Shown here piece by piece: positions 8,966-19,680 of a stretch of DNA of 64,000 nucleotides (its first letter is position 1; each line of letters begins with the position of its first letter). The DNA lies in sequence record DRR723986_1312; one strand, written 5' to 3'. Made by a program: the position numbers and the translations under genes. The notes under the pieces are model-generated. The model did no database searches and was not told the DNA's origin. It saw only the letters and a list, made by a program, of their open reading frames with translations.

Positions 8966-11443
8966 ATGAAGCACACGTTACTCGCATTTGCATTCATTTT
9001 ACTTTTTCAGAATAGCTACTCTCAGGAGCAGGTTTATTCAGGTAATTATGAATTGGCAGCAAGATTCTCTCCGGAGAAAATGAAAAGATTGGTTTTCTCC
9101 ACCCGAGTTGACCCGCATTGGTTGAAGAAGTCAGACCGGTTTTGGTATGAATTCGAGACCAGCAATGGCAAAAACTGGTACATCGTAGATCCGGTGAGAA
9201 AAACCAAAAGTCAACTTTTTGATACCGATAAACTGGCTATGGAGATTATGAAAATCACCAAAGATCCGGTAGATGGTCAGCATTTGAAACTGGATGATTT
9301 GAAGTTTCTCGAAGATGAGAATACCATCAAATTCAAAGTAAAAGGCACAGAAGAAGTGCTGAAAAAGGACTGGGCTGAGATCAAGGAGAAGAACAAAAGT
9401 GCTAAAGACTCCATGGAGAAAAAAACTTTTGTGTTTCATTACAACATTGGTAATCAGCAGTTGACTGAAATCACAGATGCTCCTAAGGATCCCGAGCGCA
9501 TGTCCTGGGCTAACATCGCTCCTGACTCTTCCAAGGTTCTTTTTGCGAAGCAAAATAATCTCTACTGGATGGATAAGGAGAACTTCCTGAAAGCGGTGAA
9601 AGATGAGAAAGACAGCACCATTGTGGAGCATCAATTGACTGAAGACGGAGAGGAGAACTTCGAATATGGCTCAAGCGGAAGAGGGGAGGACAACGAAGAG
9701 ACAGAAAAGAATAAAGATAAAAGAAAGCGGGCAGGTGCCTATTGGAGTGCTGATTCCAAGCAATTTGTCATGACTAGAACTGATCAGCGAAAGGTGAAAG
9801 ACCTTTGGGTGATTCACAGCACCAAGAATCCACGACCAACGCTTGAGACTTACAAGTATGCTATGCCAGGCGAAAAGGAACAGCCGATCACCTATTTGCT
9901 GCATTATTCTTTTGACACTGAAGAGCTGTCATCTCTTCCTGTTGGCACATTTAAGGATCAATCATTAAGCGTTTATAATTCCAATTCCCTAGAGAGCTCC
10001 AGAGACGATGATTTCCGTCCAGTTACTTGGCTTGGAGATTTGGATGAGTTTTATTATTCAGTGACTTCCAGAGATCTGAAAAAAGTGGATATCTGCAGAT
10101 GGAATCTTGCGACCAATCAAAAGGAAGTTGTGATTGAAGAGCGAAGCAATTCGTACATCGACTTTTTGAAACCTGAGATTGTAGGAAATGAAATCATCTG
10201 GTGGTCTGAGCGTGATGGCTGGGGACACTTTTACCTTTATGGAAAAGATGGGACCTATAAGCGTCAATTGACTTCGGGAGCATTTCACACAGACAGGGTA
10301 GCGAGAGTGGATGAGAAGGGTAGAAAGTTGTACTTTGTGGCGAATGGTCGTGAGAAAGGCGAGGATCCATACTACGAGCATTTGTATAGTGTGAGCCTGG
10401 ATGGAGGTGCAATTACATTGCTGAACTCAGGTGATTTCAACCATTCCAGCGAAATCAATGATGCAGCTACGTTTTTTGTAGATAATTATTCCAGAGTGAA
10501 CACTACTCCGGTTGCAGTTTTGAAAGATAAGGCTGGTAATAATGTGATGAATTTGGAGACAGTTGATTTATCCAATCTTTTTGCCGCAGGCTATCAATTC
10601 CCTGAGCCTTTCACTTTCAAAGCGGATGATGGTATCACAGATCTATATGGAGTGATGTATAAGCCATTTGATTTTGATTCTACCCGTAAGTATCCAATTA
10701 TAGAATATGTTTACCCTGGTCCTCAAACTGAGGCAGTGGACAAAGCATTTTCTGCAAGACTAGATAGAACAGATCGATTGGCTCAGTTTGGTTTTGTAGT
10801 GATTACGCTAGGAAATAGAGGCGGTCACCCAGGTCGCTCCAAGTGGTACCATAATTATGGTTATGGAGATTTGAGAGATTATGGTTTGGCGGATAAAAAA
10901 GCTGCGGTAGAGCAATTAGCAGATCGATACGATTTCATCGATAGATCTAAGGTTGGAATTCACGGGCATTCAGGTGGAGGATTTATGTCCACAGCTGCGA
11001 TGTTGGTTTATCCGGATTTCTTCAAAGTAGCGGTTTCCTCAGCAGGAAATCATGACAATAGCGTTTACAACCGCTGGTGGTCTGAGAAGCATCACGGGGT
11101 AAAAGAGCAGATCAATGCCAAGGGTGACACCACATTCATTTATCAGATTGACAAAAATCCTGACTTGGCTAAGAACCTAAAAGGTCACTTGATGCTTTCT
11201 CATGGAAGTACTGATAATAACGTGCATCCTGCGAATACCACTAGAATGGCAAATGCCTTGATCAAAGCTGGGAAGCGGTTTGAGTTGGTTGTTTTGCCGG
11301 ATCAGAGACATGGCTACGGAGATATGACGGAGTATTTCTTCTGGAAAATGGGAGACTACTTTGTGCAGCACCTGCTAGGCGATAATACTCCACCTCCTGT
11401 GGATATGGTAGAGATGCAACGGGATAAACCGCTGACGAAATAG
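8966..11443 (+). CDS. S9 family dipeptidyl peptidase IV-like serine peptidase, secreted
   Basis: Signal peptide, DPPIV N-terminal propeller, nucleophile motif GHSGGG, Asp in DNNVH and His in QRHG. Confidence 0.93.
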   Translation: MKHTLLAFAFILLFQNSYSQEQVYSGNYELAARFSPEKMKRLVFSTRVDPHWLKKSDRFWYEFETSNGKNWYIVDPVRKTKSQLFDTDKLAMEIMKITKDPVDGQHLKLDDLKFLEDENTIKFKVKGTEEVLKKDWAEIKEKNKSAKDSMEKKTFVFHYNIGNQQLTEITDAPKDPERMSWANIAPDSSKVLFAKQNNLYWMDKENFLKAVKDEKDSTIVEHQLTEDGEENFEYGSSGRGEDNEETEKNKDKRKRAGAYWSADSKQFVMTRTDQRKVKDLWVIHSTKNPRPTLETYKYAMPGEKEQPITYLLHYSFDTEELSSLPVGTFKDQSLSVYNSNSLESSRDDDFRPVTWLGDLDEFYYSVTSRDLKKVDICRWNLATNQKEVVIEERSNSYIDFLKPEIVGNEIIWWSERDGWGHFYLYGKDGTYKRQLTSGAFHTDRVARVDEKGRKLYFVANGREKGEDPYYEHLYSVSLDGGAITLLNSGDFNHSSEINDAATFFVDNYSRVNTTPVAVLKDKAGNNVMNLETVDLSNLFAAGYQFPEPFTFKADDGITDLYGVMYKPFDFDSTRKYPIIEYVYPGPQTEAVDKAFSARLDRTDRLAQFGFVVITLGNRGGHPGRSKWYHNYGYGDLRDYGLADKKAAVEQLADRYDFIDRSKVGIHGHSGGGFMSTAAMLVYPDFFKVAVSSAGNHDNSVYNRWWSEKHHGVKEQINAKGDTTFIYQIDKNPDLAKNLKGHLMLSHGSTDNNVHPANTTRMANALIKAGKRFELVVLPDQRHGYGDMTEYFFWKMGDYFVQHLLGDNTPPPVDMVEMQRDKPLTK

Positions 11444-11496
11444 TGAAATTTGTGGTTTGTGACGATACAAACCATGGTTGATAAGGAAAATCAAGT

Positions 11497-11529
11497 AAAA
11501 CCCGATTCTTATAAAGGATCGGGTTTTTT
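11497..11529 (+). terminator. Rho-independent terminator after the S9 peptidase
   Basis: CCCGATTCTT/AAGGATCGGG stem followed by a T-run. Confidence 0.75.
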
Positions 11530-11667
11530 CGTGTAGTTAAGTCGAAGTTGTTGCTGGGGAGTTTTTTTACTCCGGGCTGATCTGCTTCGATATTACTTGA
11601 AGTTTAGAAAGCAGGCATTACCTTGTGTTTTTAATATGCTATCGATAAATAACCCAATCAAATTAAA

Positions 11668-12318
11668 ATGGAAACTTCAACTTCACTCTTTTGGAAACGG
11701 TTTAAAGCCGCGCCAATTGTAGGGATCATAAGAGGACAGTCTCTTGAAGTGGTTCTGAAAATTGCTAAAGCATATGAAGATGCAGGACTGACTACCCTTG
11801 AAGTCACGATGAACACAGCTGGCGCAGCTTCCATTATTTCTACCTTGAGAAATGACTTTCCATCATTAAATATCGGCGCAGGTACGGTTTGTAATCTAAC
11901 AGATCTAAGAGAAGCTATTGATGCAGGAGCACAGTTTATTGTAACACCTATTATCGATGAGACTGTCATTCAGCATGCTGCAGATGAGAATATACCGATT
12001 TTCCCAGGGGCATTTTCCCCAACAGAAATTTACAAAGCATGGTCGTTGGGAGCTTCTGCAGTTAAGGTTTTTCCTGCGACTAAGCTTGGAGTGGGGTTTA
12101 TAAAAGATGTTCTTGGGCCGCTTGATCAGGTCAAACTTTTACCTACAGGGGGAGTCTCTAAGTCAAATATCAAATCATGGTTTGCGGCGGGAGCTTTCGG
12201 AGTAGGAATGGGGGGAGCATTGATGGATAAAAAGTTGGTGGAAGCAGGCGACTTTGAAAGTTTGAAAAAACACTTTGAAAGCCTTAAATCTGAAATCCAA
12301 GAATTTAAAATAGGCTAA
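11668..12318 (+). CDS. eda: KDPG/KHG aldolase
   Basis: GIIRG, LEVTMNT, IGAGTV, GAQFIVTP, PGAFSPTEI, VKVFPA and LPTGGV. Confidence 0.93.
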   Translation: METSTSLFWKRFKAAPIVGIIRGQSLEVVLKIAKAYEDAGLTTLEVTMNTAGAASIISTLRNDFPSLNIGAGTVCNLTDLREAIDAGAQFIVTPIIDETVIQHAADENIPIFPGAFSPTEIYKAWSLGASAVKVFPATKLGVGFIKDVLGPLDQVKLLPTGGVSKSNIKSWFAAGAFGVGMGGALMDKKLVEAGDFESLKKHFESLKSEIQEFKIG

Positions 12319-12485
12319 AGAAATGTTCAATGTAATGATCAAGTTCAATGGTCAAGGCAGTTGAAAAGCTAGTTTTTGGTATGTTTTTAACCTCAGGGTA
12401 GCAAAGTTCATAAAGGTTTAAAATCGATAAGTTGTGCTCTTGGTGTAACCCCTGTGACCAGTGCGGTTAAGAGGCAACAATGCAC

Positions 12486-12518
12486 AAAAAAAGTGGCTTT
12501 TGTTAAAAAGCCACCTTT
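12486..12518. terminator. Bidirectional terminator between convergent eda and ROK genes
   Basis: A-run, then a GTGGCTTTT/AAAAGCCAC stem, then TTT. Confidence 0.7.
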
Positions 12519-12542
12519 CTACAACTATAAACCAATTTATAT

Positions 12543-13409
12543 CTAATTATTTACTACCTCGTTTTCATTTTCTAATTCGACCAAAGCTACTGCACCGTGA
12601 ATAGCAGTCTCATCCATTTCAGATAGTAAAATCTCAAATCTTTCGATCACTGTAGGGTAGTTGAAGGTTGAAATTGATTTAAAGAGGGATTTCTTAAACA
12701 GTGGATAGGTTTTTCTAATAGAACCCCCCAATATGACCGCTTCTGGAGCTAATGCATATAAGATATGCTTGATGAGTTCTCCTAAATGGTGACCATATTC
12801 ATCAAAAGCTTTTAAAGCGACTGGATCTCCAGCTAGAGCCAATTTTGCTAAGGCCTTTGGCTTTTTATTGTAAAATCTTTCAAAGAATTTTCCACTGCAA
12901 TAATGCTCGAAATCTTTATCTAAATAAGTCGAGCTACACCATTCACCAGCAGCAGAATTTACTCCACTGTATAGGTGTCCATTGATGACAATGCCTCCGC
13001 CAATACCTGTACCTAGGGTAAGTCCTACTAAATGGTTAAACCTTTGGCCTACGCCAAATTTATGTACTCCCGAAGCAAAGCAATTTGCATCATTGTTAAT
13101 AAAAACGGGCTTTCCAAAACGATTTGTTAGAAACTTCTTTAATTCTACATGCTGAAATGCAGGGATATTTGAGAGCCCTAAAACGATACCTTCACGCACA
13201 TCTACTAATCCAGGAATTCCAATACCGATACCTATTAAGTCATATTCCAAATAGGTTTCAATGAATTCTGCGATGGTTTCAAGAATGAATTCTTTATTTT
13301 CTCTAGCAGGTGTAGCAATGGAACGGATGTCTTCTAGATGTCCGTTAATTAGCACACCACCTTTGATTCCGGTGCCTCCAATATCTAATCCTAAAATGGC
13401 TTTTTCCAT
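12543..13409 (-). CDS. ROK family sugar kinase
   Basis: GLDIGGT, GIGIPGLVD, NNDANCF, LTLGTGIGGG and AAGEW. No N-terminal HTH. Confidence 0.92.
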   Translation of the reverse strand: MEKAILGLDIGGTGIKGGVLINGHLEDIRSIATPARENKEFILETIAEFIETYLEYDLIGIGIGIPGLVDVREGIVLGLSNIPAFQHVELKKFLTNRFGKPVFINNDANCFASGVHKFGVGQRFNHLVGLTLGTGIGGGIVINGHLYSGVNSAAGEWCSSTYLDKDFEHYCSGKFFERFYNKKPKALAKLALAGDPVALKAFDEYGHHLGELIKHILYALAPEAVILGGSIRKTYPLFKKSLFKSISTFNYPTVIERFEILLSEMDETAIHGAVALVELENENEVVNN

Positions 13410-13442
13410 TCGCTACAAATAATAAGGTTGATAGGTTTAATA

Positions 13443-13486
13443 CAAAAGCTGTGAATGTAATACTTACAAAACAAACACAGCTTTTG
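13443..13486 (-). terminator. Hairpin between nagB and the ROK kinase (terminator or stability stem)
   Basis: 11-bp perfect inverted repeat CAAAAGCTGTG/CACAGCTTTTG. Confidence 0.55.
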
Positions 13487-13498
13487 CTGTATTCACAA

Positions 13499-15826
13499 TT
13501 AAAGCATTCCTTCAATTGATTTTTCTAATTCTCTCGCAGTAGCCAAGAATTCTTCCACATTCATATCTCGGAAGAAAATTAATCCATGGCTAGCTCTTAC
13601 TTGTGCACGTTCGTGCTGATAGAAGTAATTCTTACCTAAAAGGAGTTGAATTGCGTCTAATTGATCTACCCAGATACGCTTAGCAACGGTACTGAATTTA
13701 CCATTATGTGAGTAGCTAGGGAAAGAAGCATTTACTTGGCTAAGGTAGCAATTGGCAAATGAATCCTCCATTACAGACATATCACCAAGTGAAACAGGGA
13801 CAATCACGTTAGCTTCGTGTGGTTCAAATTTGAACCATACGTTTCTATAGCCAATGATTCTTAGGTCGCTGATGTCCTTCTCTTCACCCCACTTTTTCAC
13901 AGCAGCCGCAGTTGCCTGAAGTACTTTATAGTGAGTGTCAGGACCTGATCCTTCTGGATCAAGCGTTAAACTAATCTTTGTAGGATTAACTTTTCTAAAC
14001 ATTTCCACGATCGGTTCTACGTCGCGATCTTTATCTGGCTGTTCAGTGAAAATATCTCCTGTATAAAAACCAAGTCTCAAGTGGTGTACATTTTTCACCT
14101 GTACTCCAAAGTGCGCCCAGACAAGCTCCTCTTCAAACTCTCGTATCATCCCTTTTAGCTTTTGCACTTTAGCGGAGTTTTTCTCCCCGTCATAGCTATT
14201 TTTCAGAATGCTGATTACATCGTTGATTGTCTCGCGTAGCTGTGTCTTATTCTTAATTTCATAAACTATCACCAACGCTCTTACTACTCTGTGACAAAGT
14301 CCTCTCAAACGTTGATCTGCTTTTTCTGAAGCTACATTTGTTAAGTAGTGGTAGACATCCTTGTCAGTTTTTAAGCTATATCCAACTTCAAAGAAATCTT
14401 CAAAATTAACCATCTGAATCTGGCCATTATCAAGAAGTTTTTTGGTGGATTGTAGCGTTTCGATTACAAATGTATTGGTAACTGCAGTAAAGCCTGATGT
14501 CAATACGGAGAAGTGTGCTTCGTTACTTGGCTCATGGAGCTGATTGGTAATGTGCGGTAAAATCCCTAGTGAAATATCATCATGGTGCGGGCCAGTATGG
14601 AGAAGCACTTCGTTACTTTCTTGTTCCAGTCCTTTTGAAAGCTTGTTCTCGATACTCTTCATTACCTGACTTACAGTTTCCTCAGATAGATCAGGGATTA
14701 GTTTGGTGTATTTGTCAGCCTTTAGATCTGTTAATTTTATTCTATGGCCATACTTGCCAAGCTTCTTACAAAGGTCAATTACGGATCTTTCTGTCTTTTC
14801 CCATGTCCACTCACCTTTCTGGTAATAAGCATCTATTGAGTCAGTGAGTTTTACGCCCGCTCCCTTGGTAACATAGAATCGGCCATTTTTAAGCTTCTGA
14901 AGAACAGTTCCAGGGAAAACATTATTCATTGGAGTTTCAAGAGAATCTTTAACGATTCCTGCCTTTGCCTCACCAGCAGCTATGATAATTGCTACAGCAT
15001 CTGGATTGTATACAATTGTATCTAATCCAATGGTAATCACAAGTCTATTAGAAGAAATTTCAATTCCGCCAAGGTCGCCTGCAGCTACAGCTTGTGTTTC
15101 AAAATTAGTTTCTGTTAAACGAGTAACAGAGAATAAATGTGATCCTCTCGTATTAAATGCAATGTGCCCATCAGGGCCGATGCCTCCTAGGAAGAAACCT
15201 ATTCCGCCTGCATCTCTAATTTTTTGCTCGTACTCACCACACCATTGATCAATCATGTAGATTGATTCCTGCTGCAATTTCTCAAGATCATTCTTTGGAT
15301 CTCTGAATCTCAACGAAAGGTCAACTTTCAGATCTGGGAAAACAGCGCTGAAGTGAAGGCCATTAGCCAAAGGAATCTCATCAGAGTTGATTAGAATGGC
15401 TTTTTCCTTAGAAAGTCCGAATCCTTGGATATAAAACTTGTTGACGTAATCGAAAAAGCTATTGTTTTGCTTGGCAGAGATAGGGTAAAACTCATCAATC
15501 TGAACAAAGGTAAGATCTTTCAATACGGGCTTTTTGGTGTTCCCTAATCCGTACTTTTCTCTTATATCTTTTCCTTTTTTATTGTCCCAGTTTTCCAGAA
15601 GAAACTGTGTCCATTTAATAAAAAATTCCGGTGTCTTCCCAGTTGGTAAACTGATAACTCCTTCTGGATTTGCTGCTGCCCATTCCAAAAATCGACAAGC
15701 AGTTAGCAAGCCAAGTTTAGGGAAATTATCAACTTGAAGGTAGGGAATAAGGGTGCTGATTTTCTCTACACCAGATTCCTGAAGAAAACTTTTTTCTACA
15801 TCTGAAAGTGGATACTTACTAAGCAT
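13499..15826 (-). CDS. nagB: Glucosamine-6-phosphate deaminase fused to a PIG-L/LmbE-like deacetylase domain
   Basis: N-terminal LPTGKTP, IDEFY and GGIGPDGHIAFN. C-terminal GPHHDD, TSGFTAV and PDTH. Confidence 0.85.
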   Translation of the reverse strand: MLSKYPLSDVEKSFLQESGVEKISTLIPYLQVDNFPKLGLLTACRFLEWAAANPEGVISLPTGKTPEFFIKWTQFLLENWDNKKGKDIREKYGLGNTKKPVLKDLTFVQIDEFYPISAKQNNSFFDYVNKFYIQGFGLSKEKAILINSDEIPLANGLHFSAVFPDLKVDLSLRFRDPKNDLEKLQQESIYMIDQWCGEYEQKIRDAGGIGFFLGGIGPDGHIAFNTRGSHLFSVTRLTETNFETQAVAAGDLGGIEISSNRLVITIGLDTIVYNPDAVAIIIAAGEAKAGIVKDSLETPMNNVFPGTVLQKLKNGRFYVTKGAGVKLTDSIDAYYQKGEWTWEKTERSVIDLCKKLGKYGHRIKLTDLKADKYTKLIPDLSEETVSQVMKSIENKLSKGLEQESNEVLLHTGPHHDDISLGILPHITNQLHEPSNEAHFSVLTSGFTAVTNTFVIETLQSTKKLLDNGQIQMVNFEDFFEVGYSLKTDKDVYHYLTNVASEKADQRLRGLCHRVVRALVIVYEIKNKTQLRETINDVISILKNSYDGEKNSAKVQKLKGMIREFEEELVWAHFGVQVKNVHHLRLGFYTGDIFTEQPDKDRDVEPIVEMFRKVNPTKISLTLDPEGSGPDTHYKVLQATAAAVKKWGEEKDISDLRIIGYRNVWFKFEPHEANVIVPVSLGDMSVMEDSFANCYLSQVNASFPSYSHNGKFSTVAKRIWVDQLDAIQLLLGKNYFYQHERAQVRASHGLIFFRDMNVEEFLATARELEKSIEGML

Positions 15827-16196
15827 ACTGTTTGAACAGGTTTATTTATAAAGACTATTTTTATATTCAAGTAGTAAAGTGCCGAGTGGATCGTGTCTTT
15901 CAGATAGTTCGGTAAATTCAGTTCTTAAGAATCTCTAAATTTAAACTTGTCACCTGAATGTTTTTTCCTCGGCTCCCTTATCTAAAGAAATCTAAAAAAT
16001 GTTTTTTAATAAAACGATCTTTTACAAAAATTTTATAAAAGTTTTATTTTTGGAGACATGACCTTGAACTTTCTTTTACTTACAGTTTTCTTTACAGTGA
16101 ATATCTAAATATCTCAAATGCTTGATTTTATCCTCCATCATGAGCTCGGAGGCAGCGAAACTTAAAATTATTTCATTATTTCCTTATCTTTCATTT

Positions 16197-16691
16197 ATGC
16201 TAATTATCGTCACTGGAGTCTCAGGAACAGGGAAAACGACTATAGGGTCAGGGATCGCCGATAAGTTTGAATTACCATTTTTTGATGCTGATAATTTTCA
16301 CCCAAAAGAAAATATCGAGAAAATGAGTCTGGGCTTTCCATTAAACGATGAGGATAGAATGCCTTGGCTACAAGCTCTCGCTGACATTTTGGTCGCCCAT
16401 GAGAAGACTGGCGGTGCAGTTTTAGCTTGTTCGGCATTAAAAGAAAGTTACCGACAGATGCTGAAAGTTCAGGATGATGTGCGTTGGATCCACCTCAAAG
16501 GTGAGCGTGATTTGATCTGGGAGCGTATGCTTGCCCGCAAAAATCATTACATGAAAGCCACTATGCTGGATTCACAAGTTGCCACATGGGAGGAGCCTGA
16601 TTATGGATTGAAACTGAATATTGCTCAAAGTGTAGAAGAAATGCTTTCGGAGGCTTTTAAGTATTTGGAAGTTCTACCTAAGGATGAATAG
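16197..16691 (+). CDS. gntK: Gluconokinase (GntK/IdnK type), probable ATG start at 16197
   Basis: MLIIVTGVSGTGKTT P-loop, DADNFHPKEN, PLNDEDRMPWL and ACSALKESYR. Confidence 0.92.
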   Translation: MLIIVTGVSGTGKTTIGSGIADKFELPFFDADNFHPKENIEKMSLGFPLNDEDRMPWLQALADILVAHEKTGGAVLACSALKESYRQMLKVQDDVRWIHLKGERDLIWERMLARKNHYMKATMLDSQVATWEEPDYGLKLNIAQSVEEMLSEAFKYLEVLPKDE

Positions 16692-16743
16692 TACGTGCGA
16701 GGGAATTGACCCAACCCGATAAGTTTACTATTTTCCTAATGGA

Positions 16744-17115
16744 TTGTTTTGGGGCTGGATAAAAGCGAAATTGAGATATCTATTTGATTCACAGTTTTAT
16801 GAAAAAAATACTTTTCTTAATGTTCCTGGCTTTTCCATACATTATGAGATAGAGTTAATTTCCAAAGCAGGTATGTCCCATACTGAAATACTAAAATCGG
16901 GTTCAGTGAATCCTGCAAGATATTTTGGAGAAGAAGAAGAGTGGGGTGTGATTAAAGCTGGAGCATCAGCTGATTTTGTATTGGTACAGGGAAATCCATT
17001 GGAAGACCTAGCCACCCTGAAAAACCCCTTTATGGTCGTAATGAAGGGGAAGGTTTATGATAGAGATGAGATTAAAGAGCAACTGAATAAAATTGAGGAA
17101 AATCACAAAAGGTGA
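16744..17115 (+). pseudogene. C-terminal fragment of an amidohydrolase family protein
   Basis: VPGFSIHYEIEL, NPARYFG, GVIKAGASADFVLVQGNPLEDL and VMKGKVY match the last ~100 aa of amidohydrolases. The metal-binding N-terminal barrel is absent and there is no room for it upstream. Confidence 0.7.
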
Positions 17116-17194
17116 TGAGCATTTTTGGATTACGAACTACGAGATCTAATAGTACCTCAATCCGAAATTTTCCAATTTTCCAATCCAAACACCT

Positions 17195-18331
17195 ATGAAC
17201 CTCAAATTCAAATTAGTATTTATACTTTTTATTATTTCAAGCTCAGCCGGCATAGCTCAAACCAAGATGACTGTGATACAAGAAGAAGTTAGCCTAACTA
17301 TCAAAGGCGAAAAAGTGGACACATGGGAAGGACAAGATGTTTTTCGCTACCTACTTGAAAATGGCACCATGCAGGTCGAATTGACCAATTTCGGTGGAAT
17401 AATTACTAGAATACTTACTCCTGATAAAGAAGGAAAGCTTGAGAATATTGTCCTGGCTCTTGAGGATGTTCCAGATTATTTCACCAAGAATGGTCCCTAT
17501 TTAGGTGCGGCAGTTGGTAGATACGCAAATAGAATTGGGGGTGCTTCTTTCACATTGGATGGTGAGACTTTCCAAATCACCAAAAATAATGGAGAGAACA
17601 CACTTCATGGTGGAGCAAAAGGCTTTGGAGTTAAAGTATGGAAGCCGGAGATCTACAAAAAGCAAGGTGCTGTAGGAGTGAAAATGGTCTATAAAAGTGT
17701 CGATGGGGAAGAAGGCTACCCTGGGAATCTAACAACCACACTTTGGATGGAACTCACGAGCAATAATGAATTGAGGCTACTTTTTGAATCAACTACCGAT
17801 AAGAAAACTGTCGTGAATTTGACCAATCATTCCTATTTCAATCTGAATGGAATCACCGGAGATGTTCGCGACCACGAGTTGCAGATTTTTGCTGATGCAA
17901 TTACACCAACTGGTCCAGGACAAATTCCTACCGGGGAAATAAAACCAGTTGCCGGAACTCCTTTTGATTTTCAAACTCCGAAAAATCTAGGAACTCAGTT
18001 GGATGCTTTGGGTGAAGGTTTCGATCATAATTATGTGACGAAGAGAGAAAATTCTTCTGAACTCAAGAAGATAGCGATTGTCAAGCATCCCGAAAGCGGG
18101 CGGGTGATGTCCGTCTATTCAACTGCACCAGGAGTACAACTTTACACCGCTAATCATGTAAGGAACTTTGCTGGAGCTGACGGCAAGACATACCAGCCAC
18201 ATTGGGCACTTTGTCTGGAGCCAGAATCATGGCCAGATAGTCCTAATAAGCCAAGCTTTCCGTCGGCCAACTTAGCTCCAGGCAAGAAGTACGTGCATGA
18301 GATCGTGTATAGATTTGGAGTTGAGAAATAA
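17195..18331 (+). CDS. galM: Aldose 1-epimerase (mutarotase) with signal peptide
   Basis: GRYANRI, LHGG, EEGYPGNL, NLTNHSYFNL, GFDHNY, PGVQLYT and LCLEP. Confidence 0.93.
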   Translation: MNLKFKLVFILFIISSSAGIAQTKMTVIQEEVSLTIKGEKVDTWEGQDVFRYLLENGTMQVELTNFGGIITRILTPDKEGKLENIVLALEDVPDYFTKNGPYLGAAVGRYANRIGGASFTLDGETFQITKNNGENTLHGGAKGFGVKVWKPEIYKKQGAVGVKMVYKSVDGEEGYPGNLTTTLWMELTSNNELRLLFESTTDKKTVVNLTNHSYFNLNGITGDVRDHELQIFADAITPTGPGQIPTGEIKPVAGTPFDFQTPKNLGTQLDALGEGFDHNYVTKRENSSELKKIAIVKHPESGRVMSVYSTAPGVQLYTANHVRNFAGADGKTYQPHWALCLEPESWPDSPNKPSFPSANLAPGKKYVHEIVYRFGVEK

Positions 18332-18395
18332 GTTTGAGTTTACGCCCTGTTTTTTAGAACTATTTTATTAGATTAATTTTCAATCACATAAACCC

Positions 18396-19529
18396 ATGAA
18401 AATCTTTCTTATTAAAACTTCGCTTTTCTTTTGTGCCACTTTTTTATCATCCACTCTTTCTGCTCAGGAATACACGTTCAAAAAAGTTAAAGAAATCCGT
18501 GTAGAGAGCCTTGCTGAAGTTGGAATAAGGGATTATGATCCCAAGCGAGATATTTATTTAGGCTTTATTGATAAAAGATCTGAGGGTGTAGAGTTGGCTG
18601 TTTTTGATGGTAATGGGAAAATACTAAATAGTCAAAAAAGGGATGGAGAGGGGCCGGAAGATTATCTATCATCTGCATTGGCCATGGGATTTTCTCCTGA
18701 TGGAAATGTCTTTGTTCAGACTTCACTCGAACTTGTGAAATATGATACCCAATTCAATAGGTTAAGTAAAGTGAGATTTGAGCCTAAAACAACTATAATT
18801 GTTTATTCTGGGCCAAGGTCTAAGTTTGTTCCTTTGACAAGAGGGAATGATGTTTCATTTATAGTAAATGGGACTAACTTAAATAATAGGGGGTTTAATG
18901 ATGTCCCGAAGAAGATGGACATGATTGAATACTATAATGCTGGTAGTCAAACAATCCAATCCGTAATCCCACTATCTAGCAGAAAAGTATTTGAAGGGAT
19001 TGAAGACGAGGTGTTTCCTGTGAGTATTAATCCAATATTTGTAATTGATTCTAAGAATAGCAATTTGTATTTCACTACTTCCATAGATAATGAAATCACT
19101 GTTTACAATCCCATTAATTGGAATGTGATTCAAAGAATCCCGGTCAAACATGAGTTTTTTAAGGCTTTGGATGATATTCCGCTTAAAGAGGCAAATTTGG
19201 GTCTTTCAAATAAATCACCGCTTTTTTCTAGAAACCAAAAAATTCTAAAATTTGACTCCGAGTTATTAGGACTTATCTATGTAAAGGAGATTTCAGAAGC
19301 AGCGAATGAACTGAGGAAAAGTGAGGGGAAGACATTTTGGATGAACGATCCGGAGTTTCAAAGAGTAATACTTTTTAAAAATGGAGTACAGCTACCTGGA
19401 GAGTTGACTATACCTTCAGGACTTATTGAAATGACTTTGCCAAATAACAGGGTTCTAGTGAAGGTGGTCAATCAAAAAGAGGAGCTGGATTATTATCCTT
19501 ATGAAATATGGGAACTCGTAGAACAATAA
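18396..19529 (+). CDS. Secreted hypothetical protein, probably a beta-propeller
   Basis: Signal peptide, DGEGPEDY motif of 6-bladed propeller-like Bacteroidota proteins, beta-rich sequence. Confidence 0.65.
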   Translation: MKIFLIKTSLFFCATFLSSTLSAQEYTFKKVKEIRVESLAEVGIRDYDPKRDIYLGFIDKRSEGVELAVFDGNGKILNSQKRDGEGPEDYLSSALAMGFSPDGNVFVQTSLELVKYDTQFNRLSKVRFEPKTTIIVYSGPRSKFVPLTRGNDVSFIVNGTNLNNRGFNDVPKKMDMIEYYNAGSQTIQSVIPLSSRKVFEGIEDEVFPVSINPIFVIDSKNSNLYFTTSIDNEITVYNPINWNVIQRIPVKHEFFKALDDIPLKEANLGLSNKSPLFSRNQKILKFDSELLGLIYVKEISEAANELRKSEGKTFWMNDPEFQRVILFKNGVQLPGELTIPSGLIEMTLPNNRVLVKVVNQKEELDYYPYEIWELVEQ

Positions 19530-19680
19530 TAGATTTTTATACCTAAAAGCGTAAAACTTTCAACAGACTGAGTAAGCATTACACAAGGTAAATGCGGCAA
19601 ATGGCTCTTAAATGGCTGTTAAGCCTTAGGAATGGTACTTGTAAGAATACTGGGAGAACACTAAACCAACTAATTTTCTT

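Noticed and set aside
8779-8997. 72-aa ORF in the phosphoesterase/S9 divergent region
   Set aside because: It overlaps the S9 start and promoter region and has no protein-like features.
19628-19643. Possible sigma-54 -24/-12 promoter (AGGAATGGTACTTGT) before the DUF4142 gene
   Set aside because: The spacing fits but the -12 is GT rather than GC. A single weak match is insufficient.
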